Below, piece by piece: positions 1 through 9,304 of a stretch of 64,000 bases of DNA. The position numbers and the translations under genes are program-made. The number at the start of each line of letters is the position of its first letter. Position 1 is the stretch's first letter. The stretch is taken from contig JAZUDI010000045.1 in the NCBI GenBank assembly GCA_045639525.1, positions 5,479 through 69,478 on the forward strand, given 5' to 3'. The stretch comes from Paludibacteraceae bacterium. GTDB lineage: Bacteria > Bacteroidota > Bacteroidia > Bacteroidales > Paludibacteraceae. The notes below the pieces were generated by a model. It did not search any database. It had not been told where the DNA came from and saw only the letters and a program-made list of their open reading frames with translations.

Positions 1-499
1 GCCAACAAAAAAGGATGGGTGCGGCCAATAGCATCACTCTTCCGTAGGAGGCGGCTAACACGGCGGATCCGACCATGTCTAAGGTGGCGTTGGTGTAGAG
101 GAAGGTGTTGGCGGGTTCGTTGAATGCCCAGCCGTGACTTGGGGAGAGGGCGGATTGCACAGGTCCGACGATGGCGAAGGTGCCGATGCAGAAGAGTAAT
201 ACGCCAGTCGTGAGCCCTTGCACCTCTCTTTTATGTCCTTTGGCGGCGCGTTCGATACGTCCCTCCAAATCCAGCTTCGTACCGATTAGGGCACCTATCG
301 CGATGCTTAGGATGAAGAGAACTGGAATCTCGCTTTTCTGCATATTGGGTAGCGCCGCGTTGGCTCCTAAGACGAGGCAACAGATTCCCAGTCCGTTGAA
401 TAACGCTTGTTTGTACCGATCGGATATCTTATCGCCGAAGAGTGACCCGCAGGTCGCTCCGATCACGATGGTGCAAGTATTGATGATGGTTCCTAACAT
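1..499 (-). CDS. DUF554-family membrane protein, N-terminal part (gene runs off the window start)
   Basis: Hand translation of the minus strand from the ATG (revcomp of cat at 497-499) gives MLGTIINTCTIVIGATCGSLFGDKISDRYKQALFNGLGICCLVLGANAALPNM... It stays open to base 1. It is Gly- and hydrophobic-rich, and the N-terminal pattern is typical of DUF554/YdfK-like proteins. The + strand ORF 171..602 is its shadow. Confidence 0.7.
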   Translation of the reverse strand, partial: MLGTIINTCTIVIGATCGSLFGDKISDRYKQALFNGLGICCLVLGANAALPNMQKSEIPVLFILSIAIGALIGTKLDLEGRIERAAKGHKREVQGLTTGVLLFCIGTFAIVGPVQSALSPSHGWAFNEPANTFLYTNATLDMVGSAVLAASYGRVMLLAAPILFCW

Positions 500-539
500 T
501 TCTTGTTTGTTTTTAATAAAGGGGAGAATTCAATGTAGT

Positions 540-562
540 AAGGGCGAATTGAATTCGCCCTT
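540..562 (-). terminator. Hairpin immediately 3' of the 574..1809 gene
   Basis: Perfect palindrome AAGGGCGAATT-G-AATTCGCCCTT lies 12 nt downstream of the stop codon on the minus strand. There is no strong U-tract, so terminator function is inferred from position only. Confidence 0.4.
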
Positions 563-573
563 ACGGTGCGTGT

Positions 574-1809
574 TCAATTCGCCCCTTCTACGGTGCGTAT
601 GAGGAGAGAGCTGTCGCCGTAACTTAAAAAGCGGAAGTCATTCTTCATCGCATAGTCATACATCCGTTTCCAATCCTCTCCCACGAAGGCGGAGATAAGG
701 AGCAGCAAGGTGCTCTGCGGTTGGTGGAAATTGGTGATGATAGCCTTCACGATGTGGAAAGTGTAACCGGGAACAATGATGATTTGGGTATCCGCACAGA
801 TGTTCTCCAATCCATGCTTCTCCATAAAGGCGAGGATGGCGTCGAGCGACTCCTCGGTGGAGAGGTTATAACCGCTTTGGTAAGGCATCCATTGGGTAAC
901 CTTCAACTCGCTTTCGCAGAGGTTGGGATTCTCCGCCAATTGGCAGCCGATGTAGTAGAGACTCTCCAAAGTCCGCACGGAGGTGGTGCCGACCGCGATG
1001 ACTTTCCCTGCTTGCCTGATCTTCTCCACGACACTCTTCTGTACGGAGATCCATTCGGCATGCATCTCATGGTCGCCTATGGTCTCGGATTTCACGGGTT
1101 GGAAGGTGCCTGCGCCTACATGGAGCGTCACCTCTTCGCAATGGATGTTTTTCTTCTCCAGCGAGGCGAACACCTCTGGGGTGAAGTGTAGTCCAGCTGT
1201 TGGGGCCGCCACGGATCCTTTGATTTTGGAATAGACGGTCTGGTAGGTGATTTTGTCACGATCCACCGTCTCTCTGTGCAAATAGGGCGGAATCGGCAGC
1301 ACGCCGAATGCGTCGAGGATAGAGGCGAAGTTCACGGAGGTCTCCTCCCAAAAGAATCTAACATAATAGGCATTGCCCACCGCTTCTTGCTTCTCCGCTT
1401 TGAAGATGATCTCCTTGCCCTCTACCGTCACCGATTTCTCCAAAATGGTGCCTGGTTTCCACTTGCTGGCGTTGCCCACCATGCACTTCCAGGTACACTC
1501 GCCTGTGGTTTGGAAGGTGAGGACATAATCGTGGGGTCGGATCGGTTCCAAGCAGAATACTTCGATGCGGGCGCCTGTCTCCTTGTGGAAGACCAGACGG
1601 GCTTGGATGACGCGGGTGTTGTTGCAGACCAACAAGTCTCCCTCGTTCAAATAATCTGGGATGTTTTTGAAAATGGAGTGGGAGATCTCTCCGTTGCGGT
1701 AGAGGAGTAACTTTGATTCGTCTCTTTTCTCCAAAGGGAATTTCGCGATGCGCTCATCGGGAAGGTCGTAGTTGAAATCTTCGATGGCGATGTCTTGTGG
1801 TTGCTGCAT
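574..1809 (-). CDS. queA: S-adenosylmethionine:tRNA ribosyltransferase-isomerase, long (411 aa) QueA-family paralogue
   Basis: The N-terminus FNYDLPDERIAKFPLEKRDESKLLLY...GDLLVCNNTRVIQARL...GARIEVFCLEP, and later VAAPTAGLHFT and VGTTSVRTLES, match QueA motifs. It is collinear with the second QueA at 26699..27748. Confidence 0.85.
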   Translation of the reverse strand: MQQPQDIAIEDFNYDLPDERIAKFPLEKRDESKLLLYRNGEISHSIFKNIPDYLNEGDLLVCNNTRVIQARLVFHKETGARIEVFCLEPIRPHDYVLTFQTTGECTWKCMVGNASKWKPGTILEKSVTVEGKEIIFKAEKQEAVGNAYYVRFFWEETSVNFASILDAFGVLPIPPYLHRETVDRDKITYQTVYSKIKGSVAAPTAGLHFTPEVFASLEKKNIHCEEVTLHVGAGTFQPVKSETIGDHEMHAEWISVQKSVVEKIRQAGKVIAVGTTSVRTLESLYYIGCQLAENPNLCESELKVTQWMPYQSGYNLSTEESLDAILAFMEKHGLENICADTQIIIVPGYTFHIVKAIITNFHQPQSTLLLLISAFVGEDWKRMYDYAMKNDFRFLSYGDSSLLIRTVEGAN

Positions 1810-1938
1810 TTTCTTCTTGTTTTATGTCAGTATGCAAAGGTAGTCATTTAAGAGTTAAGAAACGATAGTTCGATGAGGTCAATTAAGAAATAGGAACTTT
1901 TTCATTCCTTAGGATATATGAATTGTATTATGATATGC

Positions 1939-1946
1939 TAACTTTG
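1939..1946 (+). promoter_or_regulatory. Bacteroidota -7 promoter box (TAACTTTG)
   Basis: Matches the TAnnTTTG consensus and sits 19 nt upstream of the ATG at 1966. Confidence 0.45.
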
Positions 1947-1965
1947 CAAAAAACAATATAGGATT

Positions 1966-2367
1966 ATGAAGTTGATAGCGATCCCTACCAGAGACGGCTC
2001 GGTCGATGACCATTTCGGCCATTGTGCATATTATACGATTTACCACTTGGACGATAATAATAAGATTGTCGTGATGGAACGTTTGGACTCTCCGCAAGGA
2101 TGTGGCTGCAAGTCTAATATCGCCTACATTATGCGGGAAATGGGTGTGACCTTGATGCTGGCTGGCAATATGGGAGCGGGCGCCTTCAATAAATTGTCGG
2201 AACAGGGAATTCAAGTGGTCAGAGGTTGCAGCGGCAAGGTAGAGGCTGTCCTGAACCAATATTTAGGTGGCAAACTGTCGGATTCCCAAGAGGCATGTAG
2301 CCACCACGGGTGCCACAGTTCCGAAGAGAATCTTAGTTTCTCTTATGTAGCCCCCAAAAATTCTTAA
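1966..2367 (+). CDS. NifB/NifX-family (dinitrogenase Fe-Mo cofactor biosynthesis domain) protein
   Basis: MKLIAIPTRDGSVDDHFGHCAYYTIY...GVTLMLAGNMGAGAFNKLSEQGIQVV is the typical NifX/NifB-like small-protein pattern. Confidence 0.75.
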   Translation: MKLIAIPTRDGSVDDHFGHCAYYTIYHLDDNNKIVVMERLDSPQGCGCKSNIAYIMREMGVTLMLAGNMGAGAFNKLSEQGIQVVRGCSGKVEAVLNQYLGGKLSDSQEACSHHGCHSSEENLSFSYVAPKNS

Positions 2368-2390
2368 TTTATAACGCTAAATTAATTATC

Positions 2391-3443
2391 ATGAAGGTTG
2401 GAGATAGAGTTCGTTTCCTCAATGCGACAGGAGGCGGAGTGGTTAGTAAAATAGTGAGTCGAGAGATGGTTATGGTGACCGATGACGACGGATTCGACGT
2501 GCCAACACTGGCCCGCGAGTGTGTTGTCGTGGATAGTGGGGAGAATCGTCCCGGCGGTAACGCGTCCAGTTCATCCGCCCCTACGAAGGAGAAGAAGATT
2601 GAGGATGTGGTTCCTGAAACGGAGGATGACGACTACGAACCGGGCGAGGAGACCAAAGAGGGTGAGACCTTGAATGTCTTTTTGGCCTATATTCCGCAAG
2701 ATCCGAAGAAACTGTCTGTCACCGATTATGACTGTTATTTGGTGAATGACAGCAACTATTACTTGGGTTACAATGTGGCGAGCGGAAACGGGTCGATGTT
2801 TATCTCCCGCGCCGCAGGTTTTATCCAGCCCAACACCAAGATGCTTTTGGAGGAGATCAAGAAGGATCAGTTGAATGATTTGGAGTTCCTTCGTGTGCAA
2901 TTGATGCCATTTAAGCAGAAGAAGGCCTACAAGGTGAAGCCCGCTTATGACGCGCAGGTCAAGATCAATCCGGTGAAGTTCTATAAATTGCATAGTTTCA
3001 CGGAGAACGACTACTTTGATGAGGACGCGATGTTGTTCCCTATCGTGAAGAACGATGGCTTGGTGGAGCGTGAGGTCTCCGCGGAGGCTGTCTCAGAAAT
3101 CTTGAAGAGCAAGGAGACCAAATTGCCGGCTAAGGTGTCGGTTTCCAGCAAGCCTAGACAGGAGATTGTGGAGATAGACCTCCACATCGAGCAACTTCTG
3201 GACAATACGACAGGAATGAGCAATGGCGACATACTCCAATATCAGGTAGATAAGTTCCTTGAGGTGATGGCGCAATACGCGAAGTGCAAGGGACAGAAAA
3301 TCGTCTTCATCCATGGCAAGGGAGATGGCGTTTTGCGCAAGGAGATTCTTCAACAATTAAACCATAAATATGCCACTTGCTATGTGCAGGACGCCTCTTT
3401 CCTTGAGTATGGCTATGGCGCTACGATGGTAACCATAAAATAG
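2391..3443 (+). CDS. Smr-domain protein (DUF2027-type N-terminus plus C-terminal Smr)
   Basis: The C-terminus reads EIDLHIEQL...KIVFIHGKGDGVLRKEI...YGATMVTIK, which is Smr-like (HGxG motif). The linker is acidic. Confidence 0.7.
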   Translation: MKVGDRVRFLNATGGGVVSKIVSREMVMVTDDDGFDVPTLARECVVVDSGENRPGGNASSSSAPTKEKKIEDVVPETEDDDYEPGEETKEGETLNVFLAYIPQDPKKLSVTDYDCYLVNDSNYYLGYNVASGNGSMFISRAAGFIQPNTKMLLEEIKKDQLNDLEFLRVQLMPFKQKKAYKVKPAYDAQVKINPVKFYKLHSFTENDYFDEDAMLFPIVKNDGLVEREVSAEAVSEILKSKETKLPAKVSVSSKPRQEIVEIDLHIEQLLDNTTGMSNGDILQYQVDKFLEVMAQYAKCKGQKIVFIHGKGDGVLRKEILQQLNHKYATCYVQDASFLEYGYGATMVTIK

Positions 3444-3448
3444 AGATT

Positions 3449-4528
3449 ATGACGCTTTTGATCGTATCGTTGATTCTGACGCTCGGAATCTCCTTCCTAT
3501 GCTCCTTGATGGAGTCTGTGTTGTATTCCACCACCAGCTCCTATATCGAGTCGATGCCCGACACGAAGGGTGTCCGTTTGCTCAAGGATTTGAAGTACAA
3601 TATCGAGAAGCCCATTGCGGCTATCTTGTCGCTGAATACGATCGCCAATACGGCGGGTGCTTCGGTAGTGGGCGCACAGGCGGCTGAGGTCTTGGGCAAT
3701 GAGTTGTTCGGATTCATGTCCGCCCTTTTGACGGTCTTGGTCTTGATCTTTTCCGAGATTATTCCAAAGACGATTGGCTCGAATTATTGGCGGGAGTTGT
3801 GCGTCCCTATCGGATATATCATCAAGGGTGTCTATTACCTCTGCTTCCCTTTGGTGGTGGCCTCCCAGGCGTTGACAAAACTCTTCACCAAGAAGCAGAC
3901 CAATACGGTGAGCCGAGAGGAGGTAGCCGCCTTGACCAAGATCGGAGAGCGTGAGGGTGTCTTTATGACGAGCGAGAGTAAGATCATTAACAATCTGGTG
4001 AAGATGCAGACCATTAAGGTTCACTCCATCATGACGCCGCGTACCGTGGTGTTGGCCGCGCAGGAGGATATGACATTGGGTGAATTTTTCAAACAAAAGA
4101 GATATTTGTGTTATTCCAGAATCCCTGTCTACACGGAGGATATCGACGACATCACTGGTTTTGTCCTCAAGACGGATATTCTGATGCACCTCGCTAATGG
4201 CAAGAAAAACTTGAAGTTGAAGTCCATTAAGCGTGATATTATGGTCTGCTACGAGAATACTTCCATGCCTAAATTCTATGACCTATTGGTGACCCGTAAG
4301 GAGCACATCGCCTTGGTCATTGACGAGTATGGTGGTATGGAGGGAATCGTGACCATGGAGGATGTCGTGGAGACAATCCTTGGTCTGGAGATCACGGATG
4401 AGAGTGATGCCCAGACCGATATGCAGGCCTTTGCCAAGGCACTTTGGGCAAAACGCGCGAAGAACCTTGATGTGGCGGAAGTGGAGCCGGAGGATAAGAT
4501 CGAATCCGAAGGCGGATCACTTGAATAG
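3449..4528 (+). CDS. CNNM/hemolysin-family membrane protein (DUF21 plus CBS pair)
   Basis: The N-terminus has several transmembrane segments (SEIIPKTIG motif), followed by CBS-like segments (IMTPRTVV..., GIVTMEDVVETILG). Confidence 0.8.
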   Translation: MTLLIVSLILTLGISFLCSLMESVLYSTTSSYIESMPDTKGVRLLKDLKYNIEKPIAAILSLNTIANTAGASVVGAQAAEVLGNELFGFMSALLTVLVLIFSEIIPKTIGSNYWRELCVPIGYIIKGVYYLCFPLVVASQALTKLFTKKQTNTVSREEVAALTKIGEREGVFMTSESKIINNLVKMQTIKVHSIMTPRTVVLAAQEDMTLGEFFKQKRYLCYSRIPVYTEDIDDITGFVLKTDILMHLANGKKNLKLKSIKRDIMVCYENTSMPKFYDLLVTRKEHIALVIDEYGGMEGIVTMEDVVETILGLEITDESDAQTDMQAFAKALWAKRAKNLDVAEVEPEDKIESEGGSLE

Positions 4529-5836
4529 TCGGAAGAAATCGTTCATGTTCGCGAAGATCATCAAGGCGAGGAGGATGAACATGCCAATCATTTGCGCTCT
4601 GACAAGCGCCTTTTGACTAGGTTTCCTTCTGGTTACCATTTCGTAGATCAAGAACATGATGTGGCCACCGTCCAATCCTGGAATAGGCAACAGATTCATG
4701 AATGCCAAGATAACGGAGAGATAAGCTGTGATCTCCCAGAATATTTGCGGATGGAATGGATAAGGGAAGAGACGTCCAATGGAGATGAATCCTCCCAAAC
4801 TCTCCGCCGCCTCCTTGGAGGTGAATACATATTTCATGTCGTTGGCGTATCCTGTGAACTTCTTGACACACTTTTGGGTGCCATGCGGAATGGCTTCGAA
4901 GAGGGAATAGTCTCTTGTCGTGACAGGATAGAATGAAAGGACGGATTTCCTGATGACACCGATTTTACCATTGTGGTCTGGTGTGAGTTCGACCTCCACG
5001 ATTTTGTTGTCCCGCATCACTTTGACCGGCACGGTGAGATTCTTGTGTTCCGAGAATACATTGGTACAGTGCCCAACGTAGGCCGGTAGGGAGTCTCCGA
5101 CGGAGATGAGGCTATCTCCGGCTTTCAATCCGGCCAACTGCGCGCGCGACCCTTCGACAACGCTCTCCAATACGAATGGGATGCGGAAGTTGGCGAATCC
5201 CTTCTGCTCTTGCATCATATCCTTTATTAAATCTCCCTTCATCGGAAGCGCAACCTCCTCTCCCTTTCGAATCACGGTTACCGTCTCTGCGTCGGTGATG
5301 GCGCGGAAGGTCTCTTCGCTGAAATCTTCTAGTGTGAGGTCATCTGCCTTGTAAAGAATATCTCCATCCTGGAATCCCGCCTTTTGTGCGGCTTGACTGA
5401 ACTCCATACCGGAGGTTGCGTCACGTAATGCGATATAACTCTCTCCGTAATGGAAAGAGACCATCGAGTAGATGACGATGGCTAAAATAAAATTGAATAC
5501 CACGCCAGCCACCATAACGAAGAATCGTTGCCATGCGGGTTTGGAACGGAACTCCCAATCTTGCACGGGGCGCTTCATCTGTTCTGTATCCAATGATTCG
5601 TCGATCATGCCGGCGATCTTCACATATCCTCCCAGTGGCAACCAACCGATACCGAAAAGGGTGTCGCTGTTTTGTGGCTTGTACTTGAAGAGAGAAAAGC
5701 CTGGGTTGAAGAAGATATAGAACTTCTCCACACGGATGTTGAAAATCCGGGCGAAGAGGAAGTGTCCAAATTCGTGAATGACCACCAATAGGGATAGACT
5801 AAGAAAGAATTGGAGCAGTACGACTAAAAGTTCCAT
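4517..5836 (-). CDS. rseP: RIP zinc metalloprotease RseP (site-2 protease)
   Basis: HEFGHFLFAR (HExxH) is in the first transmembrane helix. A PDZ-like middle region follows, then LLPIPGLDGGH near the C-terminus. It lies next to dxr, as is usual. Confidence 0.9.
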   Translation of the reverse strand: MELLVVLLQFFLSLSLLVVIHEFGHFLFARIFNIRVEKFYIFFNPGFSLFKYKPQNSDTLFGIGWLPLGGYVKIAGMIDESLDTEQMKRPVQDWEFRSKPAWQRFFVMVAGVVFNFILAIVIYSMVSFHYGESYIALRDATSGMEFSQAAQKAGFQDGDILYKADDLTLEDFSEETFRAITDAETVTVIRKGEEVALPMKGDLIKDMMQEQKGFANFRIPFVLESVVEGSRAQLAGLKAGDSLISVGDSLPAYVGHCTNVFSEHKNLTVPVKVMRDNKIVEVELTPDHNGKIGVIRKSVLSFYPVTTRDYSLFEAIPHGTQKCVKKFTGYANDMKYVFTSKEAAESLGGFISIGRLFPYPFHPQIFWEITAYLSVILAFMNLLPIPGLDGGHIMFLIYEMVTRRKPSQKALVRAQMIGMFILLALMIFANMNDFFRLFK

Positions 5837-5860
5837 GTTTCGATAGGGTGGGGAATAGGG

Positions 5861-7012
5861 TTATTTTGAAGATAATTCCGCTGCGATGCGTCTTGCCTCT
5901 TTGTCGCTCTCCACATAAACTTCGTAGGAAGTTTGCGTGGTGAACGTGGCGGTTTGCATCGTCTTTTCAATGATGTCGGACATTTGAAGGAATCCGATGT
6001 TGCCTTTTAGGAACTCAGCCACGACAATTTCGTTGGCGGCGTTGAGGATACAAGGCATATTGCCTCCCTTGTCCATTGCTTCGAATGCGAACGCGAGGTT
6101 GCGGAACACCTCCATATCGGGCTTTTCGAAAGTTAAATCCTTGCAATCGAAGAAGTCCAAGCGCTTGAAGTTGTTCTTCAAACGGTTAGGAAATCCGAAC
6201 GCGTATTGGATCGGCAGTTTCATATCGGGAAGTCCCATTTGAGCCTTCACGGATCCATCCTCGAACTGCACCATGGAGTGGATGATGGATTGCGGGTGAA
6301 CCACAGGGACTATCTGTTCGGGTTTTACGCTGAAGAGCCATTTTGCTTCGATGACCTCGAACCCTTTGTTCATCATGGAGGCGGAATCGATGGTGATCTT
6401 CGCTCCCATGCTCCAGTTCGGGTGTTTCAAAGCATCCTTGGCGGTAACTGTCTCTAAGAACTTTCTGTCCTTGCCGCGGAATGGGCCTCCCGAAGCGGTA
6501 AGAATGATGCGTTCGATAGGACTTTGTTCCCCTACCAGACATTGGAAGATGGCGGAGTGTTCCGAATCGACCGGAAGGATAGGGCATCTGTTCTTGATAG
6601 CCAAGTCGCAGACCAATTCTCCTGCCACCACCATGGTCTCCTTGTTGGCCAAGGCGATGGTCTTTCCCGCCTTCAATGCGGCGATAGTGGGTTGCAGACC
6701 AGAGTAGCCTACCATGGCGGTAAGTACAATATCCACAGCGTCGGCGGAAGCCACCTCGGCGATGGAGGCTGCGCCTGCGAAGACCTTGATAGGCAGATCC
6801 GACAAAGCCTCCTTGACTGTCTCGTACTTCGCTTCATTGGCGATGACCACCATTTCAGGCTTGAACTTTATTGCCTGTTTGATCAGTAATTCATCGCTGT
6901 TGTTGGCAGTCAATGCGTAGACTTCAAAGAGATCGGATTGCTCTTCGATGACCTCCAAGGCTTGTGTTCCGATCGAACCGGTCGAGCCTAAAACCGCTAT
7001 CTGTTTTTTCAT
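5861..7012 (-). CDS. dxr: 1-deoxy-D-xylulose-5-phosphate reductoisomerase
   Basis: MKKQIAVLGSTGSIGTQALEV..., LANKE, DSEHSA and NAANE motifs are present. The start was moved to the internal ATG at 7012, because the track ORF extends to 7081 into the upstream gene. Confidence 0.92.
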   Translation of the reverse strand: MKKQIAVLGSTGSIGTQALEVIEEQSDLFEVYALTANNSDELLIKQAIKFKPEMVVIANEAKYETVKEALSDLPIKVFAGAASIAEVASADAVDIVLTAMVGYSGLQPTIAALKAGKTIALANKETMVVAGELVCDLAIKNRCPILPVDSEHSAIFQCLVGEQSPIERIILTASGGPFRGKDRKFLETVTAKDALKHPNWSMGAKITIDSASMMNKGFEVIEAKWLFSVKPEQIVPVVHPQSIIHSMVQFEDGSVKAQMGLPDMKLPIQYAFGFPNRLKNNFKRLDFFDCKDLTFEKPDMEVFRNLAFAFEAMDKGGNMPCILNAANEIVVAEFLKGNIGFLQMSDIIEKTMQTATFTTQTSYEVYVESDKEARRIAAELSSK

Positions 7013-7032
7013 GTCGAAAAATCGTTTAAATG

Positions 7033-7896
7033 TTAGAATGAAATGTAGGATAGTGGATTGACGGCCACGCCATCTTTCCATAACTCGAACTCGAAGTAGG
7101 AGTCTGTTCCATTTCTGAATGTGGTCAAAATCTCACCGGCATGAACCTTCATACCCTTTTGTTTGATGAATGGCTGCTTGGTCTTATAGACGGTGACGAT
7201 ATTGTCCGAATGTTGAATACCCAACACATATAGGTTGTGGAATGAGTAGTCGGATGAGATGATGATACCATCCAAAACGGATAGCACACTGCTGTTCTGG
7301 ACCGCCACGAGGGTGGTTCCGTAGTTTTGTTTGCGGACATTGAAGGTGTCGATGATTCTACCCTGCGCCGGAGAGCACATAAGGTAGGTGGCCTCGATCT
7401 TCTCGGAGTTGTAGTTGATCGGGTTCAGATTCTCGATTTCGCTTGACTCGTAGGCATTACGATAGGCGGTCTCCTTGTCGGATGGCTCCAACGAGATCTT
7501 GTCCATATTGATTCCTTTCAGATCTTGGGTGGCAGCTGCGGAGTCCAATTCCACTTGGCCAGTCATGACCGCCCGTAACCCCTCCATGTATTGGATTTGG
7601 ATATTCAATTGGTCAGACAGGGAATCGACAGCCAAAGCGTCTCGCATAAGTTGACGGTTGAGGTTGAAGTTCTCCGTGTAGCCGGGAAGGAATCCTCTCA
7701 ACGGTGTCTTGATGATCAGGAAGGCGATCAAAAAGAAGTAGAGGACGGCCATGATGAAGCCCGCCGCCACTACGGAGCCTTTGGAGAGTCGTATGTGGAA
7801 GACCTCCTCCAAGGTGTTCTCGTTCAGGATGGATACCTTGTATTTGAATCGTATGATCCGTATCAAACGGTTGATTAAACTGCCTTTTTTATCCAT
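7033..7896 (-). CDS. M23/LytM-family peptidase-like membrane protein (possibly non-catalytic)
   Basis: An N-terminal transmembrane anchor is followed by a C-terminal LytM-like beta domain (VLSVLDGIII...IQHSDNIVTVYKT...GEIL...NPLSYI). I could not see a clear HxxxD motif. Confidence 0.6.
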   Translation of the reverse strand: MDKKGSLINRLIRIIRFKYKVSILNENTLEEVFHIRLSKGSVVAAGFIMAVLYFFLIAFLIIKTPLRGFLPGYTENFNLNRQLMRDALAVDSLSDQLNIQIQYMEGLRAVMTGQVELDSAAATQDLKGINMDKISLEPSDKETAYRNAYESSEIENLNPINYNSEKIEATYLMCSPAQGRIIDTFNVRKQNYGTTLVAVQNSSVLSVLDGIIISSDYSFHNLYVLGIQHSDNIVTVYKTKQPFIKQKGMKVHAGEILTTFRNGTDSYFEFELWKDGVAVNPLSYISF

Positions 7897-7917
7897 TTTA
7901 CAATAGTAATCTTCTTC

Positions 7918-8673
7918 TTACAGTAATCTTCTTCTGAATTCCGCGCAAACGATGCCTGTCGCCATCGCTACATTCAGGGATTCCGAGGTTTCCCTTTCTT
8001 GCGGATAATTGGGGATGAATAGGCGTCGGTTGATCAATTTCGAGATTGATTCGGAGATGCCGTTCCCCTCGTTGCCCATCACGATGATACCGTGGGGCGT
8101 AAGTTCTTGTTTATACATATCGGCACCATCGAGGAAGGTTCCGTAGATGGGTGTCTCTTGGTTCTCTTGTAGGTATTGGACCAAATCGACATAGTGCACC
8201 TTCACGCGCGCGATGGCTCCCATGGTGGCCTGCACCACTTTGGGGTTATAGACATCCGCCGTGTCCTGTGAGCAGATGATGTTCTCGATGCCGAACCAAT
8301 CCGCCACACGGATGATGGTTCCCAAATTGCCGGGGTCTTGGATGGTGTCGAGTGCCAAGACAAGCTGTTTGCTCATTTGACGCTGGTCCATCGGGTAGTG
8401 GGGCTGGTCGAAAATGGCCAGTGCCGATTGGGGGGATTGAAGCAGCGAAGCCTTTCTGATCTCCTCCTTTTCGGTGATGATCACCTCCTCCGCATTGGGT
8501 GAGGGATGCTCTTCCATGAATGATTCTGTGCAGATCAAAGTGCGGCAACGGAAGGCGGGCAAAAGGTCGGAAACCAACTTGTTTCCCTCCGCGAGGAAGA
8601 GCCCAAGCGCATCACGTTCCTTTTTCTTCGCCAACGATGCGATTGCTCGTATCTTGTTCTTACTCAGCATCAT
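7918..8673 (-). CDS. TrmH/SpoU-family RNA 2'-O-methyltransferase
   Basis: VLALDTIQDPGNLGTIIRVADWFG..., GNEGNGIS and SLNVAMATGIV are the SpoU motifs 1-3. Confidence 0.85.
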   Translation of the reverse strand: MMLSKNKIRAIASLAKKKERDALGLFLAEGNKLVSDLLPAFRCRTLICTESFMEEHPSPNAEEVIITEKEEIRKASLLQSPQSALAIFDQPHYPMDQRQMSKQLVLALDTIQDPGNLGTIIRVADWFGIENIICSQDTADVYNPKVVQATMGAIARVKVHYVDLVQYLQENQETPIYGTFLDGADMYKQELTPHGIIVMGNEGNGISESISKLINRRLFIPNYPQERETSESLNVAMATGIVCAEFRRRLL

Positions 8674-8680
8674 ATTATTC

Positions 8681-9283
8681 TTATTCCAAACCTACCAACT
8701 CAATTTCGTAGTACATAGGCTGGTATTCAGCCGCATCGGAAATGGTACCTCCTGTGATGGTGATGTTACTCTCGTTTCCGATCTTGAAAGGGATGATCAC
8801 TTTACATTTGCCTCCCACCCGTAGATTCTTGACCGCTTGTTGGAATCCCTCACCGAAGGTGGTGCTGGATGCGTCGGAAGTGATCTTGAAACTTTGGGGA
8901 TCTGGTGAGTATTGCGCGGTGCAATTGTATCGCATGTTGCCGTGCAACGTATATCCGGCGTAACGGACATAGGCGGTCCAGTTCTTTTGCGGTTCGAGCG
9001 TGCCTTCTCCCTTGCTCACTTGGTGGTAGTAGAGTCCTTCCGCTTTTCCTGACGCGTAGAGGTAGTAGATCTCTTTGCCGTCGGCGGTAAGCCACTCACC
9101 GTCGCTGGCTGGCATGGTACCCTCCACGGCGATTTTATGGTCTTTGATGAATTTCTCGATTGCATCGTCCTCGTCGTCCAGGTAGTCGGAGTAAGACTTG
9201 GTCTTGGAGCAGCCGGTGAGGGCGACGAAGAGTATACTGGATAGGGATAGAACTGCTAACTTAAATTTGCTCGTGAGAGTCAT
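8681..9283 (-). CDS. Putative lipoprotein, unknown function
   Basis: A signal peptide with the lipobox LTGCS. The gene is co-directional with the FKBP gene. Confidence 0.6.
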   Translation of the reverse strand: MTLTSKFKLAVLSLSSILFVALTGCSKTKSYSDYLDDEDDAIEKFIKDHKIAVEGTMPASDGEWLTADGKEIYYLYASGKAEGLYYHQVSKGEGTLEPQKNWTAYVRYAGYTLHGNMRYNCTAQYSPDPQSFKITSDASSTTFGEGFQQAVKNLRVGGKCKVIIPFKIGNESNITITGGTISDAAEYQPMYYEIELVGLE

Positions 9284-9304
9284 AATGAATTGATTTGTAT
9301 GTTA

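Noticed and set aside
540-562. AAGGGCGAATT / GAATTCGCCCTT are the 12-mers that flank inserts in TOPO-TA cloning vectors, which raised the possibility of vector contamination or a chimeric assembly.
   Set aside because: The order of the two halves is reversed relative to an empty or EcoRI-religated vector. No further vector polylinker sequence flanks them. A diverged third copy lies inside the queA coding end. The hairpin also sits exactly where a terminator is expected. It is most likely native sequence.
171-602. A 143-aa plus-strand ORF at the window start.
   Set aside because: It is antisense to the DUF554 membrane protein gene, which translates cleanly from 499 to base 1. It also runs across the queA terminator hairpin.
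7013-7081. N-terminal extensions offered by the ORF track for dxr. The same issue applies to rpoZ, sufS, yraN, truB, metG, the esterase and traF.
   Set aside because: The extensions overlap the upstream gene or promoter box and precede the conserved family N-terminus (for example MKKQIAVLGSTGSIG for Dxr). Internal ATG starts were used instead.
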